Of a DNA stretch of 60,737 bases, positions 30,717 to 40,210 are shown in pieces. The stretch comes from a virus. Taxonomy: Duplodnaviria; Caudoviricetes. The stretch lies in IMG/VR virus record IMGVR_UViG_3300025699_000009, positions 1 through 60,737 of that record; one strand, given 5' to 3'. The translations under genes were made by a program, and so were the position numbers. The notes below the pieces were generated by a model. The model was not told where the DNA came from, searched no databases, and saw only the letters and a list, made by a program, of their open reading frames with translations. How positions within the stretch are numbered: position 1 is the stretch's first letter; every line of letters starts with the position of its first letter.

Positions 30717-31456
30717 TACACAATAACTACGTTGGTGTTTAAGTGAGTAGTTGTGATGTTGTTCGCACCTGAGTTATTTATCACCTGAACACCAATGATG
30801 TCGTTTTCCGCCAAGCTCTGAATAGTCTGAAGGGTAGCAGTGACAGGCTTTGAAGAGCCTTGAGGAATAGATACATTTTGCTCTGAGGAACTGATTGCAA
30901 GACCATTCTTGGTGATTAAAAAGAAGATGCCGTCACCTGTGGTTCCCGTTACCGTGGCCGTAATAGTAATCGCAAATACTTTAGCTTCAGTTCCCGCGTA
31001 TGTCACGCGATTATTTAAAGCGGTAAATGAGCTTGCCAATCCCTGCGTATAGGTGAAGTCCAACGGTACTCCAACCCCTTGCGCGCCTATTGTTGTTACG
31101 GCGGGTGCTGCAATATATGCGTTAATGTACAGGCCGGAGTTTGGACTTACCCATTGTGTTCCGGTAGCCGTGGAAGACAGCAGTTGTCCTGCCGTCCCCA
31201 CGCTGCTACTAGAATCACTAACAGTTCCGGTTGCCTGAAAATTGGTACACGTAATATCCCCCGTCAACGTGATATTATTAGTTGCTGTATTGCCTGCAGT
31301 CAAGACCTCAGCGAGGTCAATGTTCAGAGCGGCAAGAGCAATTAAGCTACCGATGGTATAGTTCTTGGTAATATTGCTGTCTTCAGCATCGGTACCAATT
31401 ACGTAATCGGCAAGACTAACAGATGAGTCGATAGGGTATGTACTAATTTTAGCCAT
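30716..31456 (-). CDS. Tail fibre/virion appendage protein (246 aa)
   Basis: MAKISTYP N-terminal module shared with 35128..35853; GTAGQLLSS...TQW fibre motif. Confidence 0.65.
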   Translation of the reverse strand: MAKISTYPIDSSVSLADYVIGTDAEDSNITKNYTIGSLIALAALNIDLAEVLTAGNTATNNITLTGDITCTNFQATGTVSDSSSSVGTAGQLLSSTATGTQWVSPNSGLYINAYIAAPAVTTIGAQGVGVPLDFTYTQGLASSFTALNNRVTYAGTEAKVFAITITATVTGTTGDGIFFLITKNGLAISSSEQNVSIPQGSSKPVTATLQTIQSLAENDIIGVQVINNSGANNITTTHLNTNVVIV

Positions 31457-31706
31457 TGTTTTCTTTTTGTGCTATCTCTCCTGTTTGAATGTTCAGAGAG
31501 ATATCTTCTCCATACTTATCAGTCAGCTCCTTTTCCACCACAACAAACTGTTGGCGGATATTTTCTAACTGATTAATTGCTGCTACCTTCTCAAGCTCTG
31601 CATCTGCAATCTTGGTTTTAGCAGTATTTAAATCTTTTAAAACTGCTTGAAGCTTATCAAGTTCTTCAGCAGAAATCTTAGCGGGCGTAATTTTTTTCTT
31701 AGCCAT
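31449..31706 (-). CDS. Coiled-coil hypothetical protein (85 aa)
   Basis: Clean ORF with a -7 promoter box at 31734-31741. Confidence 0.7.
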   Translation of the reverse strand: MAKKKITPAKISAEELDKLQAVLKDLNTAKTKIADAELEKVAAINQLENIRQQFVVVEKELTDKYGEDISLNIQTGEIAQKENNG

Positions 31707-31758
31707 GGTAAATTAAATTGGATTGAATTGATTCAAAGATATGCATTAAGCTTAAACA

Positions 31759-31944
31759 TTAGGGTCGGTCGTCAGGAAACTCTACCTCAAGGAACTTGTA
31801 CAAAAAAGCAGCAAGCTTTCTGACCTTATCCCGCACCTGAGCAGAGGTGTCAGTAGTAGTCGGGATGTAGTCTTTAAGTAATTGAATGTCTTCGTGAGAC
31901 TGTTCAATATCCTCCGGAATTACTGTATTAGGGTCTATAGCCAT
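31759..31944 (-). CDS. Hypothetical protein (61 aa)
   Basis: Fills the gap after the fibre gene; A-rich leader. Confidence 0.55.
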   Translation of the reverse strand: MAIDPNTVIPEDIEQSHEDIQLLKDYIPTTTDTSAQVRDKVRKLAAFLYKFLEVEFPDDRP

Positions 31945-31951
31945 GTCATTT

Positions 31952-33052
31952 TTATTTTACGTACACTTGGTAGTTGGTTATAAAGTAACGGGTGCCTGTT
32001 ACGGTCCCATCAAACGAAAGTGTAGCAAATACGAAGTCCCCCTCTGATACGGATTGGCTAGTTGCCGTAAAGTTCATAGGGATGATGTTCTGACTTGATG
32101 AAGGAACGGTAAGAGTGGTGCTCGCAAGAAGGGTGCAGGTAATAGATGAGCCAACATATGTACCATTACCCATTGCGGTAACAGCATTAGTGGGAACCTT
32201 CCACAAAAAGAAATGAACGTCTTCGTTTCGAACCTCTGTTTGACTAGGATATTCTACAATCCCCTCCATGTAAGCGGTTCCGCCCTTATTTATTTTAAAA
32301 CATCCATTGGTTAGGGCAACGTAGCTAGTAAAATTTTGAGTGGTCGTCCCCGGAGTCCCTGCACCTTGAAAGCTTTTACCGGTTTGAGTCTGAGTCCAAT
32401 TGTAGTAGTTCGCACCAAGAGACCCGGCCATATACACAAAGCCCGCACCCGCATCTACCGATGTGCTAACACCACATCGCCCCCCTAAAGTAAACTGATT
32501 AGCGGGGCCACTTGATGAGCCTGAAGTTGTCCAAGCCGTTGTTTGTGAACCTGAGCTTGAAAGAACCTGTCCGCTAGTTCCGTAGCTACCATTACTATCT
32601 CGATAGCCTCCTGTGACAGCAAGACTAGCTGCCGTAGTTAGGTTCCCGGTTGCTGAAATGCCCCCTGCGGAGGTTACGTTCCCCGTGCTTGCAGTGACCG
32701 TAAACTTGTTGGTGTTTACCTCAATATCTCCGGTGGTCTGAAGCTCTCCTGTAACCTTTACCCCTCCACTTATCGTTTCAAAAACCTTACTATTAGAAAA
32801 GCGAATCTCGGTTGAACCGTTGATGCTATTCATAAAGAAGAAATAGTTGGCTCCCCCGTATCCAAAAGTCATGAGTCCTCCATTCGCAGTACTAGGGCAC
32901 GTTAGAGCTAGTAATTTGTTTTGACCGACCGCCTCTAGAAACAAGCCCGAACTGTTGCCATATATCTTTCCCTCCGGGGTGGAAGGGTCACCCATCTGAA
33001 TTTCGACATTGTCGTCGAAATAAATGTTATCTAAAAACTTAATAGCTGACAT
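31952..33052 (-). CDS. Tail fibre protein (366 aa)
   Basis: Gly/Ser/Thr-rich; GTSGQVLSS motif; AIKFLDNI N-terminus shared with 33101..35116. Confidence 0.7.
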   Translation of the reverse strand: MSAIKFLDNIYFDDNVEIQMGDPSTPEGKIYGNSSGLFLEAVGQNKLLALTCPSTANGGLMTFGYGGANYFFFMNSINGSTEIRFSNSKVFETISGGVKVTGELQTTGDIEVNTNKFTVTASTGNVTSAGGISATGNLTTAASLAVTGGYRDSNGSYGTSGQVLSSSGSQTTAWTTSGSSSGPANQFTLGGRCGVSTSVDAGAGFVYMAGSLGANYYNWTQTQTGKSFQGAGTPGTTTQNFTSYVALTNGCFKINKGGTAYMEGIVEYPSQTEVRNEDVHFFLWKVPTNAVTAMGNGTYVGSSITCTLLASTTLTVPSSSQNIIPMNFTATSQSVSEGDFVFATLSFDGTVTGTRYFITNYQVYVK

Positions 33053-33067
33053 AAAGAGATAAAGATA

Positions 33068-33093
33068 AGGGTGGGGGTTTAAACCCCCACCCT
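33068..33093. repeat. GGGGGTTYRAACCCCC hairpin element
   Basis: AGGGTGGGGGTTTAAACCCCCACCCT, a perfect palindrome just after the stop at 33101 and abutting the -7 box TATCTTTA (33060-33067). Confidence 0.9.
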
Positions 33094-33100
33094 ATAAGGA

Positions 33101-35116
33101 TTATTGCAAAGACTTAATCAAAACTCGCAAAGCGTTGGTACCCGGAGCACTTGCTACAGAAACAGTAACCGAGTTTGCGGTTGTTCGAGCCACCTTCGTC
33201 ATTACGGTTTCGTATGTGGTGTTATCATATACCTCCACCATGCAATCACGTGTACCGAGGTTATGCGTAATGGCAAACGAAGTAGCAGCACCGTTTCCGA
33301 TGTTTGCTTTAAACTCGGTAGATTGAATAACAGTCTCAACTTGTGTAGTAAAGTTACTTACTTGCGATGCGGTAACGACAATGTTTTGCTCACTCGCAGA
33401 GGTAATCTTACCAAAGGCATCGGTAGTAATTGTAACCGTCTCACTTGCACTACCAAGAGCAGTAACCGCCGCACCCGCAGAAAGTTGTGCCGCACCGCCT
33501 GTCATGGTGGCAAAACCATTTGCTGTCGGGAACGAAGCAATACCTGCTACCGTGTTTGTTGCAAGGTCAACATTACGCTGAACAATGGTAAAGTCAGTTA
33601 CAGGCGGGTTGCTGTTGGCTGCGATATCATCCTCTACGATGATAACGTCGCCTATCTCTACTGCCGTGCCGATAAACGTGCCCGCTACAGTTACGGTGTA
33701 CACCCATCCTTTTGTCAGTGCGACGTTTGTAGCACCGCTCAAAGCAGGCGTGTTTGTACTTGCGTTGTAGCCTCCCTGATAAACAAGGCCGCCTACTACG
33801 GAGTCATCAACGTACTGCTTAGTAGCAGCATCCTGTGCGTTAGTTGGGTCAACAACATTGGTAACCTTGTTGGTTCCCATGCTGAGGTCAGCAGTAGGCA
33901 CAGCAAACTGACTCAAGCTAATATTAGAAGCGAGAATCTTTGCGTTGTTTCCACTTCCGCTTGTTGCATCCGTAACGGCTACCGTAAGGAAGTCGTTGGT
34001 TGCATCAATCGATGTGACCGTATCAACCAATGTAAGGTCAAGACCGACGTTCTGAACATTAGCTGAAGGGTTCTGAAGGAAGAGACCCTTATATGAGCTT
34101 TGATAGATGCGCATTGTAACGGCATCACCATCTGAGATAGTAGCGGATGTGGTGCCTCCTGTTGCGCCATAGTTCAGAGTCCAACTGTCCATGGTGCCCG
34201 GAGTAGAACCTCCGGTGATGCTCGTGATGTGACCTGCAGCATTTACAATTACCTGAGAAGGGTAAACATATGTTCCTGCAGTTACACCGCTAGTCATGTG
34301 ACGAACGCGAAGGATATCTGTATTTACGCCAAGAGTATCGATATACGTGCCATCGCCATTAATCTGCAGCGTATCGCCGTCAATAATAGTCTGCGCTGTA
34401 GTACCTGTAGCATCACCATCTACATCGAAGCTGCTCATGGTACCCGCAACAGGCAACGTAACTGTCTTTACGTTGATAGCCGTTACGTGACCTGTAGAGT
34501 TAGAGGACACACTGTCAACAGCGGTAAAGGTGCCGCCTGCTGCAGGAGAATCCGTACTAGTTGTGTCAGTACGAGTTGTTGAGTCGTGAGCAATACCTAT
34601 TGCACCCGTAGTGACTAACGTCGTGATATACGTGCCTCCCGCAAAATCAACCGTGTTACCATCCTCAACAACAATTGGAGTTCCGCTATCAGCCTCAAAG
34701 GTTACGCCGCTAAGCAAACCGTTAATAGTAGAGGCAAGCTGAGTAATATTAACGTACTTTGCAGTGGTGCCTGATGTAGCTCCGGAAACAAGAATATTTC
34801 CTGCTGATACGGGAGCACCGCCGTTCGAACCTGCAGCAAGTATGATGTTGCTACCTGTGGTGTAGTCCGGTTCGATATCAACGTCTACAGAAGTACCTGC
34901 GTTTATCAAACCGTTACTACCTGTAACGCTGTCTACGTTACCTGTTCCATCAAGATTTACCCAAGCAGTGCCGTTGTAATACTTCAGCGTGTTGCTCGTG
35001 GTATTGAAAATAATTCGACCGGCAAACCCGGTGGGGTCGGAACTTAAGTTCTCGACTGCAACATCTTGAATCTCATTGGATTCTAAATCGATGTTGTCTA
35101 GAAATTTAATAGCCAT
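33101..35116 (-). CDS. Tail fibre protein (671 aa)
   Basis: DPTNAQDAATKQYVD fibre motif, repeated GHVT/GHIT/GKIT knots, C-terminal ITHNLG module. Confidence 0.78.
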   Translation of the reverse strand: MAIKFLDNIDLESNEIQDVAVENLSSDPTGFAGRIIFNTTSNTLKYYNGTAWVNLDGTGNVDSVTGSNGLINAGTSVDVDIEPDYTTGSNIILAAGSNGGAPVSAGNILVSGATSGTTAKYVNITQLASTINGLLSGVTFEADSGTPIVVEDGNTVDFAGGTYITTLVTTGAIGIAHDSTTRTDTTSTDSPAAGGTFTAVDSVSSNSTGHVTAINVKTVTLPVAGTMSSFDVDGDATGTTAQTIIDGDTLQINGDGTYIDTLGVNTDILRVRHMTSGVTAGTYVYPSQVIVNAAGHITSITGGSTPGTMDSWTLNYGATGGTTSATISDGDAVTMRIYQSSYKGLFLQNPSANVQNVGLDLTLVDTVTSIDATNDFLTVAVTDATSGSGNNAKILASNISLSQFAVPTADLSMGTNKVTNVVDPTNAQDAATKQYVDDSVVGGLVYQGGYNASTNTPALSGATNVALTKGWVYTVTVAGTFIGTAVEIGDVIIVEDDIAANSNPPVTDFTIVQRNVDLATNTVAGIASFPTANGFATMTGGAAQLSAGAAVTALGSASETVTITTDAFGKITSASEQNIVVTASQVSNFTTQVETVIQSTEFKANIGNGAATSFAITHNLGTRDCMVEVYDNTTYETVMTKVARTTANSVTVSVASAPGTNALRVLIKSLQ

Positions 35117-35127
35117 TTTACGGGGGA

Positions 35128-35853
35128 TTAATTAAAGAAAGCCTTCCCCGAAAAGGGAGTGCTAAAAGTCAAAGTTACAGTATTTAAAGAATCGTAGTCT
35201 ACCGAGCAGTAAACTTCGTTGTCGTTGGTGTCAACCACAGATACTGCCGCATACTTATTGAGATTGTGGGTAACGACCCAAGTAGTGGCAGGAGTAGACT
35301 GCGTGTAAACAAAATTCTTATCATTGCTTGATGTCACATTATATTGCAGGATGCTTACCAAGTAGCGTTTCTCATCAATAAAGCTTCCGGGGCCGGAAAC
35401 ATATTGAAGACCAATGTCGGAGAACTCAGGAAAGGTAGCGTTTTGAGTTACGCTGTTCCATTGAAATGCACCCCAATTACTAATCTTGTCGGCTTGGCAG
35501 ATAAAGACAACGGAGCCAATTAGCGGATTGGAATAAAAATTAACCAACGTATCATTGTATCGATTGAGCTGATACTGATTAATCATGAACTCGCTTACGG
35601 AGCTGAACAAAACATTTCCGGGCTGCGTATCAAAAAAGGTAATGGTGCCGCTTTGATGACCTACAAGCAGGTCATAGTTCAGGTACAAGTATTGAAGCGA
35701 CGTACTTTCAATCTTATTGTAGCCATTGATAAACTCGGCTACTGCATCTGCTGTAAAGTTCTTAGTCGCAAAAAGCTGTTGAGAATCACTCCCTATCCAT
35801 TTGTCCGTACCGACTATTGCGGTATCAAGGGGATATGTGCTGATGCGAGCCAT
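35128..35853 (-). CDS. Virion appendage protein (241 aa)
   Basis: MARISTYP N-module and WVVTHNLN C-module. Confidence 0.65.
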   Translation of the reverse strand: MARISTYPLDTAIVGTDKWIGSDSQQLFATKNFTADAVAEFINGYNKIESTSLQYLYLNYDLLVGHQSGTITFFDTQPGNVLFSSVSEFMINQYQLNRYNDTLVNFYSNPLIGSVVFICQADKISNWGAFQWNSVTQNATFPEFSDIGLQYVSGPGSFIDEKRYLVSILQYNVTSSNDKNFVYTQSTPATTWVVTHNLNKYAAVSVVDTNDNEVYCSVDYDSLNTVTLTFSTPFSGKAFFN

Positions 35854-35857
35854 AGGC

Positions 35858-35865
35858 CAAATATA
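35858..35865 (-). promoter_or_regulatory. Bacteroidota -7 promoter box TATATTTG (possibly leaderless)
   Basis: Consensus box 4 nt upstream of the ATG at 35853. Confidence 0.6.
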
Positions 35866-35876
35866 AAGAATCTAGC

Positions 35877-35910
35877 AAAAGAAAAACGAGAGCACTAGGC
35901 TCCCGTTTTC
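35877..35910 (-). terminator. Intrinsic terminator
   Basis: AAAACGGGAGC-CTAGT-GCTCTCGTTTT followed by TCTTTT on the minus strand. Confidence 0.65.
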
Positions 35911-35985
35911 GTCGAATAGGAAATGTGCAAATTTACCGTGCAGTTGGTAACCCAATTCATATCCCTATACTGATTGAAATTGCGT

Positions 35986-36720
35986 TTACCATAACGCAAT
36001 AAGGTTAGTAGCGTTGGTACCCGTAGCGTACACACGCAAGACCTGAACAGGCAAGAATGTTCCTGTAGGGAAATGACTAAACGTAACCACGCTTCGGTCA
36101 GCAGTCATAACTTTTATCTCGCTCCATGTAGCAGACGAGCCTGAAGCATCGCCAACATAAACTACACACGCAGCTTGCTGCGCATTAATCTGTTGAACTG
36201 AAGCATCGTATACGATAAAGGTCTCCGTACCTGTAAACAGATTAGAATTCAGCTCCAACTTAGTTGACGAATCAACACGCTTTACCGTAGTAAAGGTTCC
36301 TGCATCTACATCAACCACCACGTCTCCCGGTGCAGTTACGTTCAAGAAGCCTCCTTGGTAAACCTGATAGTTTTCGTTACCTGTAGAAAAGATATTCGCA
36401 TCAAGGCTCAGGATGGTAGAAGAATCTACTGCGGTTACTGTAGCGCGGGCGTTAGTGTCTGTGTTGACTACTGTATTGCCTACAACTACAGGGGTAGGCG
36501 CAGTAAAATCTGCTCCCACGTCCTCAAGTTTATCTGCTGTAACCGCTGTTTGAGTACCGGACTGAACAGCCTTAGCTATTGTCAACGAGTTAAGATGGTC
36601 AGTCTCTGCCAAATCATTGTCTCCATTGAAGCTGTCAGTAGCCGGAGCGGGAATGTTGGTGGTGTTGCTTGGGATAATATCCTTTGCGGAAGAAGGCTGA
36701 AGTTTCTGATAGGTGCTCAT
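35986..36720 (-). CDS. Structural protein (244 aa)
   Basis: C-terminal GTFLPVQVLRVYATGT.ATNLIALW motif common in phage virion proteins. Confidence 0.65.
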   Translation of the reverse strand: MSTYQKLQPSSAKDIIPSNTTNIPAPATDSFNGDNDLAETDHLNSLTIAKAVQSGTQTAVTADKLEDVGADFTAPTPVVVGNTVVNTDTNARATVTAVDSSTILSLDANIFSTGNENYQVYQGGFLNVTAPGDVVVDVDAGTFTTVKRVDSSTKLELNSNLFTGTETFIVYDASVQQINAQQAACVVYVGDASGSSATWSEIKVMTADRSVVTFSHFPTGTFLPVQVLRVYATGTNATNLIALW

Positions 36721-36729
36721 GATATCTTT

Positions 36730-37314
36730 TTAGAATGTTGCTAGGTCAGCCTTTACCCAAGTGTCAGTGGCTATGCACAAGTAGACTGCATCCGCAACCC
36801 ACCGAATCTCACCGAGAGTACCGGGGTCTGAGGATGATGCAGGGGCTGCATTTAACGTAGCTAAATCCATCTGCCCTGTAACTAAAACGCCGTTGGGCTT
36901 AGTTCGAATTTTTTCTCCATCGTCCTTATGGTGAAGAGCCACGTGGTTTTCAGTAACCTGAATCTGCACGTTACCGTTTGTCTGAACCTGAAAATTGTCG
37001 GGCGAGTTGAAACCGAAAAAAGCATTTGAATCGCCTGTGTGTACAATGAAATCAGGAATAAATACGTTAGTCCCGTTCGTTGTAATATTTGCATTGCCCT
37101 CAATGGTATTGGCTGTAGCTGCACCAAATGCAATTTGTCCTGCAGTTATAGAACCACCAATAGTTCCTGACCCCGGAGCTGAATCTACAGTATTAATAAT
37201 GTCTTGCATCGTAAAGACTGCACGGTTAGAGTTGGCTAACGCTGAACCTTTATTTTCGGTATCCACATCGCCGGAGACGGTGTGAAATTTTTGGGTAACA
37301 GGAATATTTGGCAT
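36730..37314 (-). CDS. Fibre-like structural protein (194 aa)
   Basis: C-terminal APASSSDPGTLGEIRW..DAVYLCIATDTW module. Confidence 0.65.
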   Translation of the reverse strand: MPNIPVTQKFHTVSGDVDTENKGSALANSNRAVFTMQDIINTVDSAPGSGTIGGSITAGQIAFGAATANTIEGNANITTNGTNVFIPDFIVHTGDSNAFFGFNSPDNFQVQTNGNVQIQVTENHVALHHKDDGEKIRTKPNGVLVTGQMDLATLNAAPASSSDPGTLGEIRWVADAVYLCIATDTWVKADLATF

Positions 37315-37319
37315 GGGAA

Positions 37320-37484
37320 TTATTTATTCAAGGGGAACATTCGATTGAGTGAATCGCGACGTTTACCGCACCCGCAATCCTTTCCGGTTGCTTTGGAAAC
37401 AGTATCTACCACGGCTTTTACTCCGGTAGCAGTTGTGACGTTTTCAACAACGTCACCCAATCCACGTACATTCTTTCGAATCAT
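37320..37484 (-). CDS. Small conserved protein (54 aa, GLGD...DCGC.KRR..LN)
   Basis: Hand-translated MIRKNVRGLGDVVENVTTATGVKAVVDTVSKATGKDCGCGKRRDSLNRMFPLNK; below the track cutoff. Confidence 0.7.
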   Translation of the reverse strand: MIRKNVRGLGDVVENVTTATGVKAVVDTVSKATGKDCGCGKRRDSLNRMFPLNK

Positions 37485-37624
37485 TTCACCTTCTTTAGGT
37501 TAGGATTTTTACGTTTGGCTTTTGCTGAAGCTTTACGAGTTGATGCGGCTAAGATAGCTCCTGCAGCTTTCTTAGACACACCACTCTTCTTAGCAATTTT
37601 TGCCTGTACCTTTTTAAAGCTCAT
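37481..37624 (-). CDS. Small basic protein (47 aa)
   Basis: MSFKKVQAKIAKKSGVSKKAAGAILAASTRKASAKAKRKNPNLKKVK; ATGA-coupled at both ends. Confidence 0.65.
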   Translation of the reverse strand: MSFKKVQAKIAKKSGVSKKAAGAILAASTRKASAKAKRKNPNLKKVK

Positions 37625-37968
37625 CTCTTTCGCATCTTGCGTACCGTCTTCGTTACCTGCCTTACCATCTTACGTGCTCCTTTACTAGACATACCCTTCT
37701 TCTTAGCTACCTGCTTTACCATCTTACGTGCTGCTACTCGTGTAGCGCGAGATGGCTTGGGCATGGACGTCTTAGCTGAAGCACTTACCTTTTTCTTCTT
37801 AGGCCTGTCCATAGTTCCGACAGAGCTGTATGCACGTCCTGTCGTCTTCTTGTTCATTGCCTTTGACTCGTCACGACGGTCTTTCAGTGATTGCTTCTTC
37901 TTACCGTTGCGAGCACCGAGAGATTCGTCCATTCGGGAGTTGTACCCCTGTTTCATTTTTTTGGCCAT
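37621..37968 (-). CDS. Small Lys/Arg-rich protein (115 aa)
   Basis: QGYNSRMDESLG motif; -7 box at 37988-37995. Confidence 0.7.
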   Translation of the reverse strand: MAKKMKQGYNSRMDESLGARNGKKKQSLKDRRDESKAMNKKTTGRAYSSVGTMDRPKKKKVSASAKTSMPKPSRATRVAARKMVKQVAKKKGMSSKGARKMVRQVTKTVRKMRKR

Positions 37969-38003
37969 GGGTGAAATGTTTATGTGTCAAATATAAAAAA
38001 AAA

Positions 38004-38240
38004 TTAACGGCGACGTTTGGGAGCAGTTCGCTTCATCGTGGTCTTAGTTTTCCTTCCTGCATCAGAAACTCTTTTGTTTCGGACAACTTTTAATCGACCA
38101 AGCTGCCGGGTAGTCTGAACGTACTTGGTGTCTCCTGTAGAGTTGGTCGCACGAGTTTTAGTTCCACCAACGACTTTTCGACTTTTGATGTTTCTTTGTC
38201 CGCTTTTACTTCCGACCGGGCCTTTTCCTTTTGTGGGCAT
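38004..38240 (-). CDS. Small Lys/Arg-rich protein (78 aa)
   Basis: Packed in the basic-protein cluster. Confidence 0.6.
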   Translation of the reverse strand: MPTKGKGPVGSKSGQRNIKSRKVVGGTKTRATNSTGDTKYVQTTRQLGRLKVVRNKRVSDAGRKTKTTMKRTAPKRRR

Positions 38241-38250
38241 AACTTTAGTT

Positions 38251-38616
38251 TTATGGGCGAGTACATGAAAACATTTGTACTATCTCCCACTTGCCAAAGA
38301 AGATATACTTGCGTTGAAATACGATGCTGTATCGTGCTTTAATGACGGTTCGTCCCGGAGGCAAAACCTTGAAGACCCAATCTCCGCATACCGACTTGGA
38401 ACCTATTCCAAGTCGCTTTATATGCGCTGTTTCCATCAAGCCTTTCGGTTGTTGAGGAAGAAACAGGTCGTCGAAATATTCAAAGATTTCCTTACGACCC
38501 TTACAGGTTTTAGGTGTAAGCGTAGGGAGGAGTACCGCGTTTTTAGAAAACAAAGCGACTACGACGTGAGCGTCGTTTGTTCGAAGGGCATCAAGAAATT
38601 TTTTAACTTGTTTCAT
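38251..38616 (-). CDS. NTF2/SnoaL-like (DUF4440-type) protein (121 aa)
   Basis: VVALFSKNAVLLPTL...G..EI.EYF..FL...PKG...ARYS.V...W.I pattern; start at the ATG at 38616. Confidence 0.65.
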   Translation of the reverse strand: MKQVKKFLDALRTNDAHVVVALFSKNAVLLPTLTPKTCKGRKEIFEYFDDLFLPQQPKGLMETAHIKRLGIGSKSVCGDWVFKVLPPGRTVIKARYSIVFQRKYIFFGKWEIVQMFSCTRP

Positions 38617-38620
38617 AACA

Positions 38621-38911
38621 TCAATATTTACCGCGCCGAGACTTAGGCGAAGAAGCTTTGGAACCTCCTTTTCCGGCCCATAGCTTTTTACACGCCCAAT
38701 ATCTAGCACTTAGTTTATCGTTAGCACTGTCACACTTGTGCCGAGCCTTAAAACTTTTACGTGCGGCTGCACTATAGTTATGACCATATCCCTTGGCTCC
38801 AAAATGAATGAGCTTCTCCTTGCCACTACTGCAAGCCTTAACCATCATCTTCTTTCCGGGACGGGAAGAAGATGTGGGTCGGTTGCATTTCATTTTAGAT
38901 TTGGTAGGCAT
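38621..38911 (-). CDS. Basic protein of DUF5754-like family (96 aa)
   Basis: KK.MV...KLIHFGAKGY...RKSFKARHKC...SARYWACKKLW. Confidence 0.65.
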   Translation of the reverse strand: MPTKSKMKCNRPTSSSRPGKKMMVKACSSGKEKLIHFGAKGYGHNYSAAARKSFKARHKCDSANDKLSARYWACKKLWAGKGGSKASSPKSRRGKY

Positions 38912-38912
38912 C

Positions 38913-39149
38913 TTATTGCTTCACCTTTCCGGCGGGTGTATTAGAAACGAACTGCTTAGTTCGTCCGTACTTCTTTTTTTTATTAGCAGTAGCAGCGCGT
39001 TCGCTCTTGCTCATGCTCTTTGCTTTTGCTAAAGGTAAACAACGGTCAGGGTTTTTCTTGTTCTTACTTGTACCGCACTCTCCCTTGATGGAACCGTCAG
39101 TACCAATACGAACCCACTTCTCGTCTCGCCATTTCTTTAGCTCGCCCAT
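38913..39149 (-). CDS. Small basic conserved phage protein (78 aa)
   Basis: LKKWRDEKWV...CLP..KA..MS..ER pattern. Confidence 0.65.
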   Translation of the reverse strand: MGELKKWRDEKWVRIGTDGSIKGECGTSKNKKNPDRCLPLAKAKSMSKSERAATANKKKKYGRTKQFVSNTPAGKVKQ

Positions 39150-39604
39150 TACTTCCGACCAATTCGGTTCACCTTTCGAGCAGTGCGCTTGACAATCTTA
39201 CCTACTTTTTTAGCAACCCTCGCCTTTTTGTTAGCCGTTTTTGATGCTGTTTTTGCGGCCTTTTTAGTAGCACTATTCGCTTTGCGAGCGTATTTTTTTT
39301 CAGCCTTTGCTTTTTCCCTAGCAGCCTTTACGGTAGTTGCGACCTTACTAGCCTTTTTTGACACAGCCTTAGAAGGGGACTTAAGGTCTTTGCCACCACC
39401 AAACTCAGGTTTAAGCGCAAGAGGTTTATAAGGGTTTGATACCGACCTCACTATGCGTTTCCCAACTCGACCTGCTTTAGGAGACTCTGTAATATTACTC
39501 ATGCCGCTACGGTGACTGTAAGTTTTGCGTCTCTTTAACGCTTTTCCGTCTTCAGCTTGAGAACCAATCTTAGTTACTGTATGAAAATTTTTTTTCTTAG
39601 CCAT
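39149..39604 (-). CDS. Histone H1-like Lys/Ala-rich protein (151 aa)
   Basis: KKASKVA/KKAAKTA/KKARVAKK repeats. Confidence 0.6.
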   Translation of the reverse strand: MAKKKNFHTVTKIGSQAEDGKALKRRKTYSHRSGMSNITESPKAGRVGKRIVRSVSNPYKPLALKPEFGGGKDLKSPSKAVSKKASKVATTVKAAREKAKAEKKYARKANSATKKAAKTASKTANKKARVAKKVGKIVKRTARKVNRIGRK

Positions 39605-39615
39605 AGCTTTTTAAA

Positions 39616-39786
39616 TTAATAAGACGACTTCATCTTCTTCTCCATCCCGTATCCGGGATTGTTCTTCATCGAACCACCCATAGTGGCAGCGAATGTAGAA
39701 GCCTGAGCTTTACCGACTGCGTTATAAGGGAAGACCTTAGTCTTCATCTTTCCTGTCTCTCCACACTTGTACTTTACTGTAGGCAT
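39616..39786 (-). CDS. Small protein (56 aa)
   Basis: MPTVKYKCGETGKMKTKVFPYNAVGKAQA...; TAATG-coupled to the upstream ORF. Confidence 0.6.
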   Translation of the reverse strand: MPTVKYKCGETGKMKTKVFPYNAVGKAQASTFAATMGGSMKNNPGYGMEKKMKSSY

Positions 39787-39941
39787 TACTTCTTGGATTT
39801 TTTTGCGTAGTTAGGGTCCTTGCAATATTTACTCGCAGCCATATTCGCATAAGCCGAAGGGTATCGGTCAAACGTTCGCTTAGCCCAAGAAATACCTGCA
39901 GGGCATATCTTATTTTTTTTGGCACGTCCTTTAGTAGCCAT
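39786..39941 (-). CDS. Small basic protein with PSAYAN motif (51 aa)
   Basis: MATKGRAKKNKICPAGISWAKRTFDRYPSAYANMAASKYCKDPNYAKKSKK; coupled on both sides. Confidence 0.7.
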   Translation of the reverse strand: MATKGRAKKNKICPAGISWAKRTFDRYPSAYANMAASKYCKDPNYAKKSKK

Positions 39942-40210
39942 TATCGAGTTCTTGTTTTTCCGTTTCGAGTAGTCTGTGCAGCGGTCTTCTTACCCTTCGA
40001 ATCGCGGATTACCACGCGGCTAGAGGTATTAGTCTTGCCTCTTTTGTTGGTAGTCTGCGTAGTGCTTTGAGAGGTTGAGGAACCGTCGGCATATGTAGAG
40101 GAAGACCTTTCGGTAAACTTACTCTTAGTTTTACCCTTCTTGTTTTTCTTCGACTTCACACTAGAATCAACTAGAACGCGAACACTATATGGATGTCCTT
40201 TTCTATGCAT
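39941..40210 (-). CDS. Small Lys/Arg/Thr-rich protein (89 aa)
   Basis: Abuts both neighbours. Confidence 0.6.
   Translation of the reverse strand: MHRKGHPYSVRVLVDSSVKSKKNKKGKTKSKFTERSSSTYADGSSTSQSTTQTTNKRGKTNTSSRVVIRDSKGKKTAAQTTRNGKTRTR

Noticed and set aside
33104-34066. 320-aa plus-strand ORF
   Set aside because: Cys/Arg-rich antisense shadow of the 671-aa fibre gene.
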